This document shows positions 11,806 to 21,461 of a stretch of 64,000 bases of DNA, piece by piece. Numbering within the stretch: position 1 is the stretch's first letter; every line of letters starts with the position of its first letter. The stretch covers positions 5,368 through 69,367 of the forward strand of contig JBDRIY010000019.1 in NCBI GenBank assembly GCA_043815445.1. Reading direction: 5' to 3'. The translations under genes were made by a program, and so were the position numbers. The notes under the pieces were generated by a model. That model searched no databases. It was not told the DNA's origin and saw only the letters and a program-made list of their open reading frames with translations. Source of the stretch: Candidatus Omnitrophota bacterium (lineage in GTDB: Bacteria; Omnitrophota; Gorgyraeia; Duberdicusellales; 4484-171).

Positions 11806-12949
11806 TTTCAGCCACCGCCTTTTTTGCTTCTTCGATTATACTTAAAGCCTTTTTCTGTCCCAGGCCTTTGAGCTTGGCCAGAGCTTTCACATCCTGTTTT
11901 GCCAGGATATTTAAGTCTCCATAACCAGCTTCAGTTAATATTGAAGCCACTTTATTACCAATACTTTTCAGCTTCATTAAATTTTTAACATTCTCCTCTA
12001 TACTCTCTTTTGAACGGACATCTATTTCCCAACTTACTAATTTAGAGGCAAGCCTAACATTTTGCCCTTTACGGCCTATAGCTAAAGAAAGCTGGTCTGC
12101 CGCTACCAAAACCTTTGCCCGCTTATACTCTCTATCTAAACTTATCATAGATATAACTGCCGGGCTAAGCGCTGCTTTTATATATTCTTTAATATCCTCA
12201 CTCCACCTGATAATATCAATCTTTTCACCCCTAAGCTCTTCTATGATATTTTTAACTCTTGAACCTCTTATGCCCACACAAGCTCCTACACAATCTACCT
12301 TATCGTCTTTAGAAACAACCGCTATTTTAGTTCTTTCACCAGCGCTGCGGGCAATAGCTTTTATCTCCACGATTCCTTCGCCAATTTCAGGCACCTCAAG
12401 GTCAAAAAGCTTTCTTACCAATCCTTCATGCTTTCGGGAAAGAATTATTTGAACTCCTCTTTCCTTTTTGACTTCATAAACAAAAGCCTTTACTCTTTCC
12501 TTAACCCTAAATCTATCTAAAGGAGAAAGAAAAGAATGAGGAATAATTCCTTCTGCTTTTCCCATAAGATCCAAAATAACCGCTTTTTTTTCCAAACGCT
12601 GAACTAATCCTCCTACTATGGTGCCTTCTTTAACCTTATAATCATCGTAAATATTATCCTTCTCAGCCTCTCTTATCTTCTGAATAATAACCTGCCTGGC
12701 GGTTTGAGCCGCAATCCGGCCGAATTCCTTGGATACAACTTCTTTGTTATTAATATAGATAAGAATATCGCCTCGAACAGAATCTATTTCAACTTTTACT
12801 TCCGCGTCTTCAATATCCGGATAAGTTATCTTAGCAACTTTTTTTGCCGCTATAGTTAAAGCTGACTGAACCGCTTCAATAATAATACTCCTATCTAGCC
12901 CTTTTTCCCTTTCTAACTGCGCGAGTACACTTAAAAATTCTTTTCTCAC
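11792..12949 (-). CDS. nusA: transcription termination/antitermination factor NusA (short form without C-terminal acidic repeats)
   Basis: N-terminal domain, S1 domain and two KH domains ([14 protein letters not shown] and [16 protein letters not shown]). Confidence 0.9.
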   Translation of the reverse strand: MRKEFLSVLAQLEREKGLDRSIIIEAVQSALTIAAKKVAKITYPDIEDAEVKVEIDSVRGDILIYINNKEVVSKEFGRIAAQTARQVIIQKIREAEKDNIYDDYKVKEGTIVGGLVQRLEKKAVILDLMGKAEGIIPHSFLSPLDRFRVKERVKAFVYEVKKERGVQIILSRKHEGLVRKLFDLEVPEIGEGIVEIKAIARSAGERTKIAVVSKDDKVDCVGACVGIRGSRVKNIIEELRGEKIDIIRWSEDIKEYIKAALSPAVISMISLDREYKRAKVLVAADQLSLAIGRKGQNVRLASKLVSWEIDVRSKESIEENVKNLMKLKSIGNKVASILTEAGYGDLNILAKQDVKALAKLKGLGQKKALSIIEEAKKAVAENENP

Positions 12950-13009
12950 TTTTAACCCCCTGATATAACCTTTGGCTATACCTCATTACACAAAATCATC
13001 TACAACCCG

Positions 13010-13050
13010 AGTAATCAAAACATCCTGATTCTTACAGGATGCCTATTTTT
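13010..13050 (-). terminator. hairpin plus U-run overlapping the rimP stop codon (terminator or attenuator between rimP and nusA)
   Basis: catcctgattcttacaggatg hairpin at 13021-13041, followed by ttttgatt on the minus strand and cctattttttc on the plus strand. Confidence 0.4.
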
Positions 13051-13493
13051 TCTTTCCCTACCTTAATCTTACCAAAATCTATCTTTAAAACTTCTTTTTT
13101 ATTCAACAAAGACAATATATCTTCATTTACCCCTAAGACTTCTCCTTCAAAATAGGTTTTATCATTAACAGGCTCACTCAGCCATAAAAGTATTGTTCTT
13201 CCTTGGGCCCTTAAGAAATCTTTGCTACTCTTAAGCGGCCGGTCCAAGCCCGGAGAATTCACCTCTACCGTAAAATCATCGCCCAAAAGCCTACTTTCAT
13301 CTAAATAAGCAAATATACTTTTGTTAATTTTCGCGCAAACAATCACAGTTATTCCGCCCTGAGAATAATCTACGATACAGCGCGCGATATTCTTAGTCCG
13401 AGAAAAAAAAACTTTAAAGTCTATAAGCTCAGCACCCTCTGCCTCAACAATTTCTTCCACTTTAATTTTAACTTTTTCTTGATTGGTTAACAT
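13032..13493 (-). CDS. rimP: ribosome maturation factor RimP
   Basis: RimP-like sequence from MLTNQEKVKIKVEEIVEAEGAELIDF. The ORF-track start at 13547 runs into the attccaa repeat array, so I use the internal ATG at 13491-13493. Confidence 0.8.
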   Translation of the reverse strand: MLTNQEKVKIKVEEIVEAEGAELIDFKVFFSRTKNIARCIVDYSQGGITVIVCAKINKSIFAYLDESRLLGDDFTVEVNSPGLDRPLKSSKDFLRAQGRTILLWLSEPVNDKTYFEGEVLGVNEDILSLLNKKEVLKIDFGKIKVGKEKIGIL

Positions 13494-13645
13494 ATCTATC
13501 CTTCTAAAATTCCAAATCCCAAGCACCAAATTCCAAATAAATCTCAAATCTCAAAATCCAAATTCCAATAAAGAATTTCTCCGTTTGGAATTTGTATATT
13601 GGAATTTATTTGTGATTTGGAATTTGTTATTTGGAATTTCATTTC
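13494..13645. repeat. family W palindromic repeat, copy 2 (rimP leader)
   Basis: aaattccaaatcccaagcaccaaattccaaataaatctcaaatctcaaaatccaaattccaata...attggaatttatttgtgatttggaatttgttatttggaatttcatttc; near-identical segments to copies 1, 3 and 4. Confidence 0.8.
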
Positions 13646-14797
13646 TTATTCGCCTTTTAAGAATTTTATCAAAGCCTCTTTTTTAAAGCTTTCTTTCTCC
13701 CCTGTTTTCCTCACTTCCAAATCTATAGTTTTATCTTTTAAATACTTTTTACCCATAATCAATATGTAAGGATTTCCTATTAAATAAGCATCATTAAATT
13801 TAACTCCAGCGCCTGATTCTCTATCATCAATTAAAACAGAAAATCCTTGTTTTTCCAGGTTATCTCCCAAAATAAGTGCTTCCTTTAGCAGCTTTGAGTC
13901 CAAAACAACTAAGCTTAAATCAAAAGGACTAATATTTTTAGGCCAAACTAAACCTTTTTCATCCGAACTTACTTCGGCAACTGCTGAAAGTATCCTACTG
14001 ACGCCTATGCCATAGCAACCCATTATCACCGGCCCGCGCTCGCCTTTTTCATCAAGAAAAAACGCTTCCTGAGCTGATGAATACTTTGTGCCCAGCTTAA
14101 ATATATGCCCAATTTCAATCATCCTTTTTTCTTCAACAATATCCTCACCTATATCAGCCGGAACCATAAACTCATGTGAAAGGCCAGCCCCCATAAACCC
14201 TGGATCTGCTTTAAATTTCATACAATTAAGCCCGCAATCTTTAAATATATCTTCATAACAAGCAAGCATCTTTTCGTAGTTTTCATTCAAACCTTTTTCA
14301 TCTTTATCAAAACTGTAAGCATCTTTCATAATAAACTCACAGCTCCTCATAAGCCCAAAACGCGGCCTTAATTCATCTCTGAATTTAGTTTGTATTTGAT
14401 AGAGAATAAAAGGAAGCTGTTTATAGGAAGACAAATGACGGCGGACAAGCTCAGTGATTTCTTCTTCATGAGTAGGCCCTAAAACCAATTCTCTGCGCTT
14501 TCGATCTTTGAATTTAAACATAACCTCTTCTAAATCTTTATCCCGTCCGGTTTTTTTCCACATCTCTATAGGCTGTAAAGCGCTCATAAACAATTCTTGA
14601 GCGCCGTAAGAATTCATATGTTTCCTAATGATATTATTTATATTATTTAAAACCTTCCAGCCTAAAGGAAGATAAGAATATATTCCCGAAGAAATCATAG
14701 AAAGAAAACACCCCTGGAGCAAAAGCTTATGGCTCCTGCATTCAGCAATTTTTGGTGCTTCTCTTAAAGTAAAAATAAAACTCTTTGAGAATAACAT
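13646..14797 (-). CDS. proS: proline--tRNA ligase (short bacterial form without editing insertion)
   Basis: Class II aaRS motifs from MLFSKSFIFTLREAPK... The first 30 ORF-track codons are repeat-derived, so I use the ATG at 14795-14797. Confidence 0.85.
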   Translation of the reverse strand: MLFSKSFIFTLREAPKIAECRSHKLLLQGCFLSMISSGIYSYLPLGWKVLNNINNIIRKHMNSYGAQELFMSALQPIEMWKKTGRDKDLEEVMFKFKDRKRRELVLGPTHEEEITELVRRHLSSYKQLPFILYQIQTKFRDELRPRFGLMRSCEFIMKDAYSFDKDEKGLNENYEKMLACYEDIFKDCGLNCMKFKADPGFMGAGLSHEFMVPADIGEDIVEEKRMIEIGHIFKLGTKYSSAQEAFFLDEKGERGPVIMGCYGIGVSRILSAVAEVSSDEKGLVWPKNISPFDLSLVVLDSKLLKEALILGDNLEKQGFSVLIDDRESGAGVKFNDAYLIGNPYILIMGKKYLKDKTIDLEVRKTGEKESFKKEALIKFLKGE

Positions 14798-14819
14798 AAT
14801 TATATTATAAATAGATATC

Positions 14820-14942
14820 GTTATGCGTTGAAAGGTCGCGTAGCTGGAAACGGGCAACGTTAAACGTTGAACGTATTTTAGACGCAACCGATAGACGTAT
14901 GACGATTCGAGCTACGCAACCGAAAAACGGTTAACGCAACCC
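14820..14942. repeat. acgttga/gcaacg heptamer-built palindrome in proS leader
   Basis: gcgttgaaaggtcgcgtagctggaaacgggcaacgttaaacgttgaacgtattttagacgcaaccgatagacgtatgacgattcgagctacgcaaccgaaaaacggttaacgcaac. Confidence 0.7.
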
Positions 14943-15977
14943 TTACTTTTTTATCAAATCTACTAAATTTTCTATTATCTTCTCTTCACTACTATACCCT
15001 AAAATCTTATCTTTTTTAAAAATTACCGCTTTTTTCTTTCCAAACGCCGCTCCAATGTCAGCCTGATAAGCTTCTCCCGGGCCGTTTACGATACAGCCCA
15101 TAACAGCGACACGTAAAGGTTTATTTATCTTTGAATTTTCTAATTTTTTCTTTAGCTTGCCTACTATACCCGCGATGTTAACTTCACACCTTGAACAGGT
15201 TGGGCAAGAAATAATTTCCGGGCCGAATTTTCTTAAATTAAGAGCTTGTAATATATATTTAGCAATTCTTACCTCCTGAAAAGAAGGCCCGGCTAAAGAT
15301 ACCCTAATAACGTCTCCGATACCTTGGTTTAAAAGGCTTCCCAACCCTATTGAAGATTTAACTATCCCTTCTAAAAAAGGGCCGGTAGCAGTAACCCCTA
15401 AATGAAGAGGATAGTCAGATTCTTTAGAAAACATTCTATTAGCAACAATAGTAGCGATAACATCAGCGCCTTTTAAAGAAACCATTATATCAAAAAAACC
15501 TTGGCTCTCCAAGATTTTAAGGTAATCCTGAACTTTCTTAACCATTTGACGGGCCAAGCCCTCAGGAGAAGAAAAATCTTTCTTAAACCCTCCCGAGTTA
15601 ACTCCAACCCTTATAGATACACCTTTATCTTTAGCAGCTTTAGCGATTTTTTTCAGATCATTTTTTTTATAAATATTCAAAGGGTTTAAACGAATACTAT
15701 TAAACCCCTGTTCTATAGCTGCTAAAGCAATTTGAGGACAAAAATGGATATCCGCGACTAAGGGGACTTTTACGTGTTTGCTTAAAAGATTTGCCAGCTT
15801 AGCGTCTTTATTTTCTTGAACAGCAACTCTTATAGCTTCCGCACCCTCTTTTTCTAATCTTTTGGCTTCTTTAATCAGAGCCTTGGTATCACTAACAGAG
15901 CTTTTAAGCATCCCCTTAATTCGAACCGGATTATTTCCCCCTATCTCAAGTTTACCTATTTTTACGACTCTTTTCAT
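14943..15977 (-). CDS. ispG: 4-hydroxy-3-methylbut-2-en-1-yl diphosphate synthase (flavodoxin), MEP pathway
   Basis: GcpE TIM-barrel N-domain and C-terminal 4Fe-4S cysteine motifs CPTCSRC...GCIVNGPGE. Confidence 0.9.
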   Translation of the reverse strand: MKRVVKIGKLEIGGNNPVRIKGMLKSSVSDTKALIKEAKRLEKEGAEAIRVAVQENKDAKLANLLSKHVKVPLVADIHFCPQIALAAIEQGFNSIRLNPLNIYKKNDLKKIAKAAKDKGVSIRVGVNSGGFKKDFSSPEGLARQMVKKVQDYLKILESQGFFDIMVSLKGADVIATIVANRMFSKESDYPLHLGVTATGPFLEGIVKSSIGLGSLLNQGIGDVIRVSLAGPSFQEVRIAKYILQALNLRKFGPEIISCPTCSRCEVNIAGIVGKLKKKLENSKINKPLRVAVMGCIVNGPGEAYQADIGAAFGKKKAVIFKKDKILGYSSEEKIIENLVDLIKK

Positions 15978-16014
15978 GTTTTATCGTTTTAACGGGCGGA
16001 CAACCGTCCGGCCC

Positions 16015-17118
16015 CTACGGCAAAGCCTTTTCCTCGTTCTTCGTTGAAATATTCTTTCCGTTTTTTAAAATCTTAGGGCCAAACCTTAAAATATCATTAT
16101 AGAAAACAAATATAATCAGTAAAATAAGAAAAGTAAATCCTACGCGGGTTAAAATATCTTCTGTTTTTTCCCTTAAGGGTTTCTTTCGCATTTTCTCCAT
16201 AAAGAAAAAGAAAAGGTGTCCGCCGTCTAAGACAGGAATAGGAAATAAATTAACTATACATAAGCTTACACTTAAAACCGCCATAAGCTGTAGAACCGCT
16301 GTCCCTCCAATTTTAGCAGCTTCAGAAGTAATATAATAAATACCAATAGGCCCGGCCATAGCTTCTTTAAAAGGAATAAGCCCTAAAATAATAAAAACAA
16401 ATCCTTTAATGACAAGAAAAGTTAGATTAAACAAAGCTTGAGCGCCTTGAACAAAACCCCTAAAAAAACCATAGCTGATAATTTCAACCTCTGATGAAGC
16501 TGATATTCCTATCACCGATATATTTTTCTTTCTGCCAAAATCATCGATAATTTCCTTTTCACGCAAAGGAACTTCTATGGATATATTTTCTCCTTCTCTC
16601 TCAACTTCAAGATTAACCTTTTCTTTCGCGGTATAAATTATCCTTGCCATATCTACCCAGGTAGTAACATTTTTGTTATTTACCGCTAAAATTTTATCTC
16701 CTTCCTTAACACCGGCTTGAGCGGCAGGATAACCCTCCGAAACCTTTCCTACTACAGCTGCCGGATAAGAAAAGCCAACCATTGCTATAATCCAAAATAT
16801 AATTAAAGCTAATAAATAATTAAATAAAGGCCCCGCGAAAACAATTCTCATCCGCACGCCCGGAGCTTTAGAAAAAAACTCGTTGTTAAATCCTTTATGC
16901 TCAAGCCGGCTATCCCCCGCTAATTTTACATATCCGCCTAAAGGAAAAAGACAAACTGAAAACTCGGTTTCCCGTCCTTTTATCTTAAACAAGGCCGGGC
17001 CGAAACCAATAGCAAATTTTTCTACTTTAACTCCAGCTTGCTTAGCGGCAATAAAATGGCCTAATTCATGGATAACAACCAAAATACTAAAAACAATTAT
17101 TACGATTAAAACGCTCAT
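16015..17118 (-). CDS. rseP: RIP zinc metalloprotease RseP (site-2 protease)
   Basis: HELGHF zinc motif at the N-terminus, PDZ domain, multiple TM segments and the C-terminal LDGGH motif. Confidence 0.85.
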   Translation of the reverse strand: MSVLIVIIVFSILVVIHELGHFIAAKQAGVKVEKFAIGFGPALFKIKGRETEFSVCLFPLGGYVKLAGDSRLEHKGFNNEFFSKAPGVRMRIVFAGPLFNYLLALIIFWIIAMVGFSYPAAVVGKVSEGYPAAQAGVKEGDKILAVNNKNVTTWVDMARIIYTAKEKVNLEVEREGENISIEVPLREKEIIDDFGRKKNISVIGISASSEVEIISYGFFRGFVQGAQALFNLTFLVIKGFVFIILGLIPFKEAMAGPIGIYYITSEAAKIGGTAVLQLMAVLSVSLCIVNLFPIPVLDGGHLFFFFMEKMRKKPLREKTEDILTRVGFTFLILLIIFVFYNDILRFGPKILKNGKNISTKNEEKALP

Positions 17119-18275
17119 AATTTATTTAAATACTCCTTTGTTTTCTCCCTAGCCCAGCTATCCCAGAAAAAGATATCAGCCTCATTCTTTATTTTATTTT
17201 GAGGATAATGGCTATATATATATTCCACAGCTTTGTAAATATCAGAAAATTTTATCTTCTTTTTTAAAAAATAATCTATGGCTATTTCATCGCAAGCATT
17301 TAAAACTACGAGAGAATTATCCTTTTTTTTCGCGGCTTCTAAAACTATTTTTAGAAGAGGGTAACGATTATAATTTATGGGTTCAAAAGTATAAGAAAAA
17401 TTGTTTTTAAAATTAATGCCGCTGTTAAAATTACTCCTCTGAGGATAATACAGAGCAAAGGAAATCGGAACTTTCATGTCCGCGGGATAAATACAAGCAA
17501 ACAAAGTATTATCTTTACATTCAACCATAGCGTGAACCATAGATTCTTTATGTATCAAAATATTAATTTTCTCAAAAGCAAGGCCAAAGAAAAAATGAGT
17601 TTCAATAACTTCAAAACCTTTATTAACTAAGGTAGCGCTGTCAACAGTAATGCGCCTTCCCATATTCCAGTTAGGATGATCTAAAACCTTTTGGACGCTA
17701 ACCTTGGCAAAATCCCTTTTGCCGCAATTTGCCAGAGAACCTCCGGAAGCAGTAATATGAACCCTACGAAAACAATCGTTTGAATTCTGCCAGTTTTTAT
17801 TCATTTCAATGAGCTGAAAAAAAGCGTTTATTTCACTATCTACCGGTAAAATCTCAGTATTATATTTTTTCGCTTGCTTAAAGACTAAAGCGCCTGCTGT
17901 TACTATTGATTCTTTGTTAGCTAAGGCAATTCTTTTAGTATGCCTTATATTTATAAGTAAAGGCTTTAAACAAGAAATTCCTGAAATTGCCATAAGTGAA
18001 ATATCACAATCCAAAGCTGAAAACTCTTCTAAGCCTTCCTCTCCTTTGAATAACTTTATCCGCCCGGTTAACTCTTTTTGTAATTTTTTTGCCTGTTTTT
18101 GATCTCTTAAACAAACGTATAAAGGCTTAAATTCTTTTATTTGGCTTAAAAGAGTTTTTATATCCCTATCCGCGCAAAGGCCTAAAATCTTGAATTCCTT
18201 TCTATCCCGCCTTATTACTTCTAAAGCGCTTCTTCCTATTGAACCTGTTGAGCCGAATACTAAGACCTTTTTCAT
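17115..18275 (-). CDS. dxr: 1-deoxy-D-xylulose 5-phosphate reductoisomerase
   Basis: MKKVLVFGSTGSIGRSALEVI NADPH-binding N-terminus characteristic of Dxr; 386 aa. Confidence 0.9.
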   Translation of the reverse strand: MKKVLVFGSTGSIGRSALEVIRRDRKEFKILGLCADRDIKTLLSQIKEFKPLYVCLRDQKQAKKLQKELTGRIKLFKGEEGLEEFSALDCDISLMAISGISCLKPLLINIRHTKRIALANKESIVTAGALVFKQAKKYNTEILPVDSEINAFFQLIEMNKNWQNSNDCFRRVHITASGGSLANCGKRDFAKVSVQKVLDHPNWNMGRRITVDSATLVNKGFEVIETHFFFGLAFEKINILIHKESMVHAMVECKDNTLFACIYPADMKVPISFALYYPQRSNFNSGINFKNNFSYTFEPINYNRYPLLKIVLEAAKKKDNSLVVLNACDEIAIDYFLKKKIKFSDIYKAVEYIYSHYPQNKIKNEADIFFWDSWAREKTKEYLNKL

Positions 18276-18470
18276 AAATTAATAAGCTATTATTAAAATC
18301 CCAAATTTCAAGCACCAAATAACAAATAAGCTCCAAATTTCAAGCACCAAATTCCAAATAAATCTCAAATTTCAAATTCCAAAAATTCCCCATTGGAATT
18401 TGGATATTGAGTATTGGAATTTATTTGTTATTTGGAATTTGTTATTTGGAATTTCATTTTTATCTATGCC
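18276..18470. repeat. family W palindromic repeat, copy 3 (dxr leader)
   Basis: ccaaatttcaagcaccaaataacaaataagctccaaatttcaagcaccaaattccaaataaatctcaaatttcaaattccaaa...attggaatttatttgttatttggaatttgttatttggaatttcattt. Confidence 0.8.
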
Positions 18471-19274
18471 TTATCTCATCATAGTAACATATAAATACAA
18501 AATAGGGGCGGTAAAAATTAAGCTGTCAATAACGTCAAGAGCTCCCCCCATACCCCATAAGATTCTTCCTGAATCTTTTACCCCGCAGTCCCTTTTTATA
18601 AGAGATTCAAAAAGGTCCCCCATTTGAGATATTATAGCTAAAATAATTATTAAAAAAAACTTTTCCCAAAAATCAATGCTGTCTATAAATAAAGAAAATA
18701 TAAGCCCTACACTTAAACTGGTAAAAAAACCGCCCATGGAACCTTCTAATGATTTTTTAGGGCTTATTTTTTTAATAAGGGGAGTTTTTCCAAATTTTTT
18801 GCCCCATAAATAAGCGCCTACATCTGAAGATTTAGTGACTAGAACTAAGAACCCTGTCAGCATTGCCCCTTCAGGCAGCTGCCTCACTCTTATTAGAAAA
18901 CTAAAGCACCAGGAAATATAGATTACGCCGAATATCGTTGCTGATATTGAAAGAACTGAATGATGCGTTTCTTTTTTTCTAAACTCAAGAAGAAAAAGAA
19001 CAAATAACCCTATAATAACAAATAAAAACTGCCAACCTTCTTTTATAGGAAAACGAAAATAAATAGTTATAGGAATAAGTAAACCAAGTAAAAGGCCTAA
19101 GGGCTTAAATAGCCTAACTCCTTTTTTCTCTACCATATGGAAAAATTCATATAACCCCGCGAGGATAAGAAAACAGGTAGCTATACCGCATAAAGGATAA
19201 TAAATTACCGCGAACACAGCGCAAAAGCCTAAAACAGTCGCGGGAATAATTCTCTCATTCATATATTCCTCCAA
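18471..19274 (-). CDS. cdsA: phosphatidate cytidylyltransferase
   Basis: Polytopic membrane protein with the CTP_transf_1 signature SLEGSMGGFFTSL...GDLFESLIKRDCGVKDSG. Confidence 0.85.
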   Translation of the reverse strand: MEEYMNERIIPATVLGFCAVFAVIYYPLCGIATCFLILAGLYEFFHMVEKKGVRLFKPLGLLLGLLIPITIYFRFPIKEGWQFLFVIIGLFVLFLLEFRKKETHHSVLSISATIFGVIYISWCFSFLIRVRQLPEGAMLTGFLVLVTKSSDVGAYLWGKKFGKTPLIKKISPKKSLEGSMGGFFTSLSVGLIFSLFIDSIDFWEKFFLIIILAIISQMGDLFESLIKRDCGVKDSGRILWGMGGALDVIDSLIFTAPILYLYVTMMR

Positions 19275-19959
19275 ATTTCCTTACTCTATTAGAATATACT
19301 TCTACGGCTTTATAAAGTTCTTTTTTGCTAAAGCTAGGCCAAAAAACAGGGCTGAAATAAAACTCACTATATGCTAAATTCCAAATCAAAAAATTGCTTA
19401 TCCTTTGCTCTCCGGAAGTTCTTATAAGAAAATCAGGCTCCAGGCCGCTGCCCAAAGAAAGATAACGGCTAAATAATTTTTCATCTAAATCCTGCCGAGA
19501 TATTTTCTTGCTATCGTAATCTTTAATAATTTGCTGGGCCGCGTTAACTATGTCCCATCTTCCGCCATAGTCTAAAGCAATATTAAAAATAAAATCCTTA
19601 TTGCCGGAAGTGACATTTTCTAAATCCTCTATCTTTCCGATAACATCTTTGGATATACGGTCTCTTCTGCCGATAGCTTTAAACTTTATGCCTTCTTTTA
19701 CTAACTCTTTTTTATTATCTTTGATAAAATTCTTAAGATAAAAAAAAAGAAACTCTACTTCTTTTTTGGGCCGGTTCCAGTTTTCAGTTGAAAAGGCAAA
19801 AATGGTAAGAGCGCTAACCCCTATCTTTTTTACTTCTTTCATTATTTCTTTTATCCTTTGAACCCCTTTTCTGTGCCCGGCAGTACGAGGTAAACCCCGT
19901 TTCTTTGCCCACCTCCCGTTGCCATCCATTATTATGGCTATATGTTTAGGAATATTCAT
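19255..19959 (-). CDS. uppS: isoprenyl transferase (undecaprenyl diphosphate synthase)
   Basis: HIAIIMDGNGRWAKKRGLPRTAGHRKG signature. The ORF-track start at 20001 lies inside the caattag repeat array, so I use the ATG at 19957-19959. Confidence 0.9.
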   Translation of the reverse strand: MNIPKHIAIIMDGNGRWAKKRGLPRTAGHRKGVQRIKEIMKEVKKIGVSALTIFAFSTENWNRPKKEVEFLFFYLKNFIKDNKKELVKEGIKFKAIGRRDRISKDVIGKIEDLENVTSGNKDFIFNIALDYGGRWDIVNAAQQIIKDYDSKKISRQDLDEKLFSRYLSLGSGLEPDFLIRTSGEQRISNFLIWNLAYSEFYFSPVFWPSFSKKELYKAVEVYSNRVRKFGGIYE

Positions 19960-20050
19960 ATCTCCTCGCTTCGCTCGCATTGCAAAATGCAAAATTAGCA
20001 ATTAGCAATTAGCAATTAGCAATGTAAAATGTTTAATGTATTGCTTCAGC
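19960..20050. repeat. caattag heptamer tandem repeat (family Q), uppS leader
   Basis: tgcaaaatgcaaaattagcaattagcaattagcaattagcaatgtaaaatg (4 perfect units); a related array caattagcaattaacaattaacaattt lies at 54265-54300. Confidence 0.75.
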
Positions 20051-20127
20051 CGAAGGCTGATCCGCCTTTGGCGGAAATTTTAAAATGCTAAATTTGCATT
20101 GTTAATTTTTAAATTGTTGAATCTAAA

Positions 20128-20156
20128 AGTAAAGGGGGCCTACGCCCCCTTTTAGA
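20128..20156 (-). terminator. rho-independent terminator after the coiled-coil protein gene
   Basis: GC hairpin gggggcctacgccccc flanked by aaa/ttt, immediately 3' of the stop at 20181. Confidence 0.55.
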
Positions 20157-20180
20157 AATACAACACTGCCTTGAACTCTA

Positions 20181-20591
20181 TTATTCTTGTTCTGAAAGCT
20201 TCTTATTGATAGATTCTTCTTCTGAGTTCTCTTCCAGTTTTGTCTCTTGTTCTGAAAGCCTCTTATTCATAAGTTCTTCTTTTAAGTTCTCTTCCAGCTT
20301 TATCTTTAGTTCTTCAAGCTTTATATTTTCTTTTGTGAGGTTCCCTATCTTACTCACGCTTTCAATCTTAAAATTATCCAGCTGCTCATTCAATTCTTTA
20401 AAATCTTTTTTCAACTTTAAATTATCTTCTTTTAAGCTCTCAACATCTCTTTCGGAATTTATATTTTTTGCCAACTGCTGTTTATAGCTGCCCGATAAAG
20501 AATTCATCTTTACTAGAAGAGAAACTCCACCAATAACCAAAACTACAATCAATCCTATAAGTAAACTTATTATTAAAGAGCTATCTTTCAT
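20181..20591 (-). CDS. membrane-anchored coiled-coil protein (FtsB/DivIC-like or periplasmic linker, unassigned)
   Basis: N-terminal TM helix LIISLLIGLIVVLVIGGVSLLV followed by a K/E/L-rich coiled coil; the 3' part contains a 2 x 60-bp tandem DNA repeat. Confidence 0.45.
   Translation of the reverse strand: MKDSSLIISLLIGLIVVLVIGGVSLLVKMNSLSGSYKQQLAKNINSERDVESLKEDNLKLKKDFKELNEQLDNFKIESVSKIGNLTKENIKLEELKIKLEENLKEELMNKRLSEQETKLEENSEEESINKKLSEQE
20185..20304. repeat. 2 x 60-bp direct tandem repeat inside the coiled-coil protein gene
   Basis: 20185-20244 and 20245-20304 are ~85% identical (tcttgttctgaaagc(t/c)tcttatt(g/c)ata(g/a)(a/g)ttcttct(tc/tt)(tg/aa)agttctcttccag(t/c)ttt(g/a)tc) and encode two 20-aa coiled-coil repeats. 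Confidence 0.8.
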
Positions 20592-21244
20592 TTCAATTCC
20601 TCCTCTTGATCCTCAATAGCTTCCTCTTGTCCAGCCTTTTCTTCTTCAACTGTTTCCATTTTTTTTACTATTTTAGGTAGAATAACAACTTCAACCCGCC
20701 GGTTAAACTGTCTCCCCTCAATAGTGTCATTAGAGGCAACGGGTTTATACTGGCCATACCCAGCTGCTGAAAGCCTTAAAGGATTAACCCCACCGCTTTC
20801 TAAATGATAAAGAACGCTAAGCGCCCTTTGAGTAGATAGCTCCCAATTAGTTTTCCAGCGCGAATACTTTATCGGCTCATTATCAGTATGGCCTTCAACC
20901 ATAATATTGTTGCCGGGAACTTCTTCTTTAAGGATTTTCACTACTTTATTTAAAACAGGTAAACTTTGCTCTTTTAAATCAGCTTTTCCTGAATCATAAA
21001 GAACTTCAGCCACAAAAGTAATAACCAAGCCTTTCTGAGCCATCTCCAGCCGAACCTGCTTATCTTTTATCTCTTGTGACAGCTGTTGGGTTAAAATATC
21101 TTTGGCGTTTTTAAACGTTTGCAGTTCATTCTCTAAAGACTGTATTTTTTCAATATCCGAACGCCTGCCTTTTTGTAAAACAACAGCGCAGCCATTAATA
21201 AAAAAAACAAAAATAATTAACAGCAAAAAAAGGTTTCTACACAT
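20588..21244 (-). CDS. OmpA/MotB-family peptidoglycan-binding lipoprotein
   Basis: Signal peptide with lipobox (FINGC), coiled-coil segment, and C-terminal OmpA-like domain with GHTDNEP...NRRVEVVI. Confidence 0.8.
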   Translation of the reverse strand: MCRNLFLLLIIFVFFINGCAVVLQKGRRSDIEKIQSLENELQTFKNAKDILTQQLSQEIKDKQVRLEMAQKGLVITFVAEVLYDSGKADLKEQSLPVLNKVVKILKEEVPGNNIMVEGHTDNEPIKYSRWKTNWELSTQRALSVLYHLESGGVNPLRLSAAGYGQYKPVASNDTIEGRQFNRRVEVVILPKIVKKMETVEEEKAGQEEAIEDQEEELK

Positions 21245-21461
21245 AATTGCCTCCTGGTATAAATTAAACTTTAAATCCTGATCTCCAAGTTAATATTTTT
21301 GACATTTTATCTTTTGTAACAGACAGATCACGGCCTGTCCCTACATATTTTGTTATTATAATATTTCTAATAAAATAATCTTGTTATGTAGGGGAGGGTC
21401 GAGACCCTCCCGCTAATTTATTGTTTTTTAAAGGTTTTATTCTAATCTACTTTTTAGCTTA

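Noticed and set aside
13494-13547. ORF-track N-terminal extensions of rimP, proS (14798-14887), uppS (19960-20001), thrC (50721-50813) and the AEC transporter (23720-23794)
   Set aside because: The extensions translate the heptamer repeat arrays (for example MRFIWNLVLGIWNF from ttggaat units) and precede conserved internal Met starts that align with homologues. The downstream ATGs are used instead.
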